From assembly GCF_963921235.1 (NCBI RefSeq), contig NC_086097.1, forward strand, positions 172,176,001 to 172,240,000: a DNA stretch of 64,000 bases. The letters are read 5' to 3'. Made by a program: the position numbers and the translations under genes. The stretch comes from Mobula hypostoma. Taxonomy: Eukaryota. Below the pieces are notes generated by a model. It was not told the origin of the DNA. It made no database searches and saw nothing but the letters and a program-made list of their open reading frames with translations. Of this stretch, positions 61,788 through 64,000 are shown one piece after another. The first letter of the stretch is position 1. The number at the start of each line of letters is the position of its first letter.

Positions 61788-63292
61788 ACTGTATACATAC
61801 TTCAATAATAAATGTACTTTGAAACTTTGACACATTAGTTATAGAGTCTTTGAAAGTGAGTGAAGTTATCCATGCCGGTACAGGAGCCTAATGGTTGTAG
61901 GGTGATAACTGTTCTTAAACTTGATGGTTTGGGAGCTAAGGATTCTGTACTTCCTGCCTGATGCTAGTCACAAGAAGAGAGCATGGCCTGGTTGGTGGGG
62001 GACCTTGATGATGGATATTGCTTTTCAGTGGCAGCACTCCATGTACATACGCTCAATGGTGGGGAAGGCTTTACTTGTGACTGACTGGGCTTTCATAGAC
62101 TTCTCTTTTCCTAGCATTGGTGTTTCCATTCCTGACTGTGATACAGTTAGAAAAATCTTCACTGTGCATCTACAGAAGTCTGTCAAAGTTTTTGGTGACA
62201 TACCAAATCTATACAAAGTAGAAGTGCTGTTGTGCATTTTTTCTGATGGTACCAGGATTTAAGGATGTTGCCAGGACTTAAGGTCCTGAGTTACAGGCAC
62301 TTTATTCACTGAAGCGCAGGAGAATGAGGAGAGATTTGATTCAGAGAAAGATTTTATAATTGGATAAATAGGGTAAATGCAAGTAGGCTTTTACCACTGA
62401 GGTTGGGTGAGACTAGAACTAGAGGTCATGGATTGATTGTGAAAGGCAAAATATTTAAGGGAAACCTGAGGGGGAACTTCTTCACTTCGTTGGTGGAGTT
62501 AGTGTGAAATGAGCTGGCAGACGAAGTGGTGTATGTGTGTTTGAATACAACAATTTAGAGAACTTTGGATAAGTGCGTGGGTGAGAAGGGTATGGAGGTG
62601 TATGTTGGGGGTTGATGGGACAAGGCAGAGTAACAGTTCAGCATGGATTAGATGAGCTGAAGAGGCTGTATCTGTGCTGTGCTGTTCCATGACTCTATGA
62701 TTCTGACTCCTTCCCTTGATCCCAATTCCAACATGGCATCAAAGGAGAGCTATTTATCTGTAGTGCGAGGAACCTGATTCTCTTTCGAGAGAGTTCCATT
62801 GTGGAAAGAGTTAATATCCTCAGAGTTTTTATCAGGATTGCATTAAACATCCAATTTAAACAGAAAGGTCAAAAATAGCAGCAAACAGTTATTTTTGAAC
62901 AATCCTTTTCAAGTAAGTCACAATTCATCCTGACCACTAGCTCTGATTTGTGTAATCAACTTACCTGAGAGAGAGCGACCAGCCAGTACAAGAGGCATTT
63001 TTAGATCAACATGTGATAAACGGCTGTCAAAGCTATGTAGAATTATATAAATCAAAGCTTTCCTTTAAACTAAGCCACAAATTGTTAAATGTCACTGTTT
63101 ACAATATGTCCCCAAGAGATGAAGCAGTAATAGGTTATCTGATTGGTTTGCAAATAGGCTCCACTGTAAGAGAAAACAGATTTATTGGATATCAATGAGC
63201 CAGATTCTTTTAAACAAAATCCAACAGAATCATAGAGCCATGGAGTAACACAACACACCGTCTTCTGTGTGGAGAAGTTGCCCCTCCATAAG

Positions 63293-63888
63293 ACCATAAG
63301 ACTGTAACAGGTAGGAGCAGAATTAGGCCATTCTGTCTATTGAGTCTGCTCTATCTTTTCATCTTGCTTGATCCATTTTCCTTCTTCTCTCCATTCTCCT
63401 GCCTTCTCCCCATAGCCTTTCATGCCCTGACTGATTAAGAACCTGTCAAACACTGCCTTAAATTAACCTAATAACCTGCCCTCCACAGTTGTCTGTGGCA
63501 ACAAATACCAGAGATTTACTACCCACTGGCTAAATAAATTCCTACTCATCTCCATTCTAAGTGGGTGTCCCTCTATTCTGGGGCTGTGCCCTCTGGTCCT
63601 ATACTCTCCCACTATAGGAAATATCCTCTCCACATCCACTCTCTCTGAGCCTTTTAACATTTGATAGGTTTCAATGAGATCACACCCATTCTTCTAAATT
63701 CCAGCGAGTACAGGACCAGAGTCATCAAACACTCCTCAAGCGCTTTCATTCCCGAAATCATTGCAATGAACCTCTTCTGAACCATCTCCAATGTCAGCAC
63801 ATCCTTTATTAGATAAGAGGCCCAAAACTGCTCACAATACTCCAAGTGAGGCCTCACTAGTGCTTTATAAAGCCTCAACATTACATCA
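63293..63888 (-). mobile_element. CR1 LINE 3' fragment
   Basis: LYKALVRPHLEYCEQFW and VVNLWYLLP remnants plus 3' UTR. Confidence 0.85.
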
Positions 63889-64000
63889 AGTCTCTCAGAT
63901 CCCTTTTAAATCTTTCACCTTTTATCTTAAACTTAATGTATACCCTCTAGTTTTCAATTTCCTTTATCAAGGAAAATACTGTGTGTTCATCCTATTTATA

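Overview
Vertebrate, most likely cartilaginous-fish (ray-like) genomic DNA, inferred from V-domain/HE1-type SINEs and dense CR1, Rex1/Babar and Penelope repeats. The only host gene I can support is on the minus strand: the first two coding exons (14149-13640 and 6931-6483) of a dermatan-sulfate epimerase-like (DSEL-type) gene with a CpG-island 5' end. Unlike mammalian DSEL its ORF is split by introns, and these do not match the DSE intron positions I recall. The rest is largely transposable-element debris: CR1 and Rex1/Babar LINEs, a Hero/R2-clade RLE element, a nearly intact Penelope-like RT+GIY-YIG ORF, a deleted Gypsy with both LTRs, three LTR families with solo copies, a possible endogenous-retrovirus remnant, a pogo/Tigger derivative and small hairpin MITEs. 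The most notable system is a family of Penelope terminal repeats carrying minimal hammerhead ribozyme motifs. These have repeatedly inserted as fold-back (inverted) units with 13-14 bp target-site duplications and shared termini, and one sits 25 nt from the DSEL-like exon 2 splice acceptor. All calls are from reading the sequence; no searches were run.
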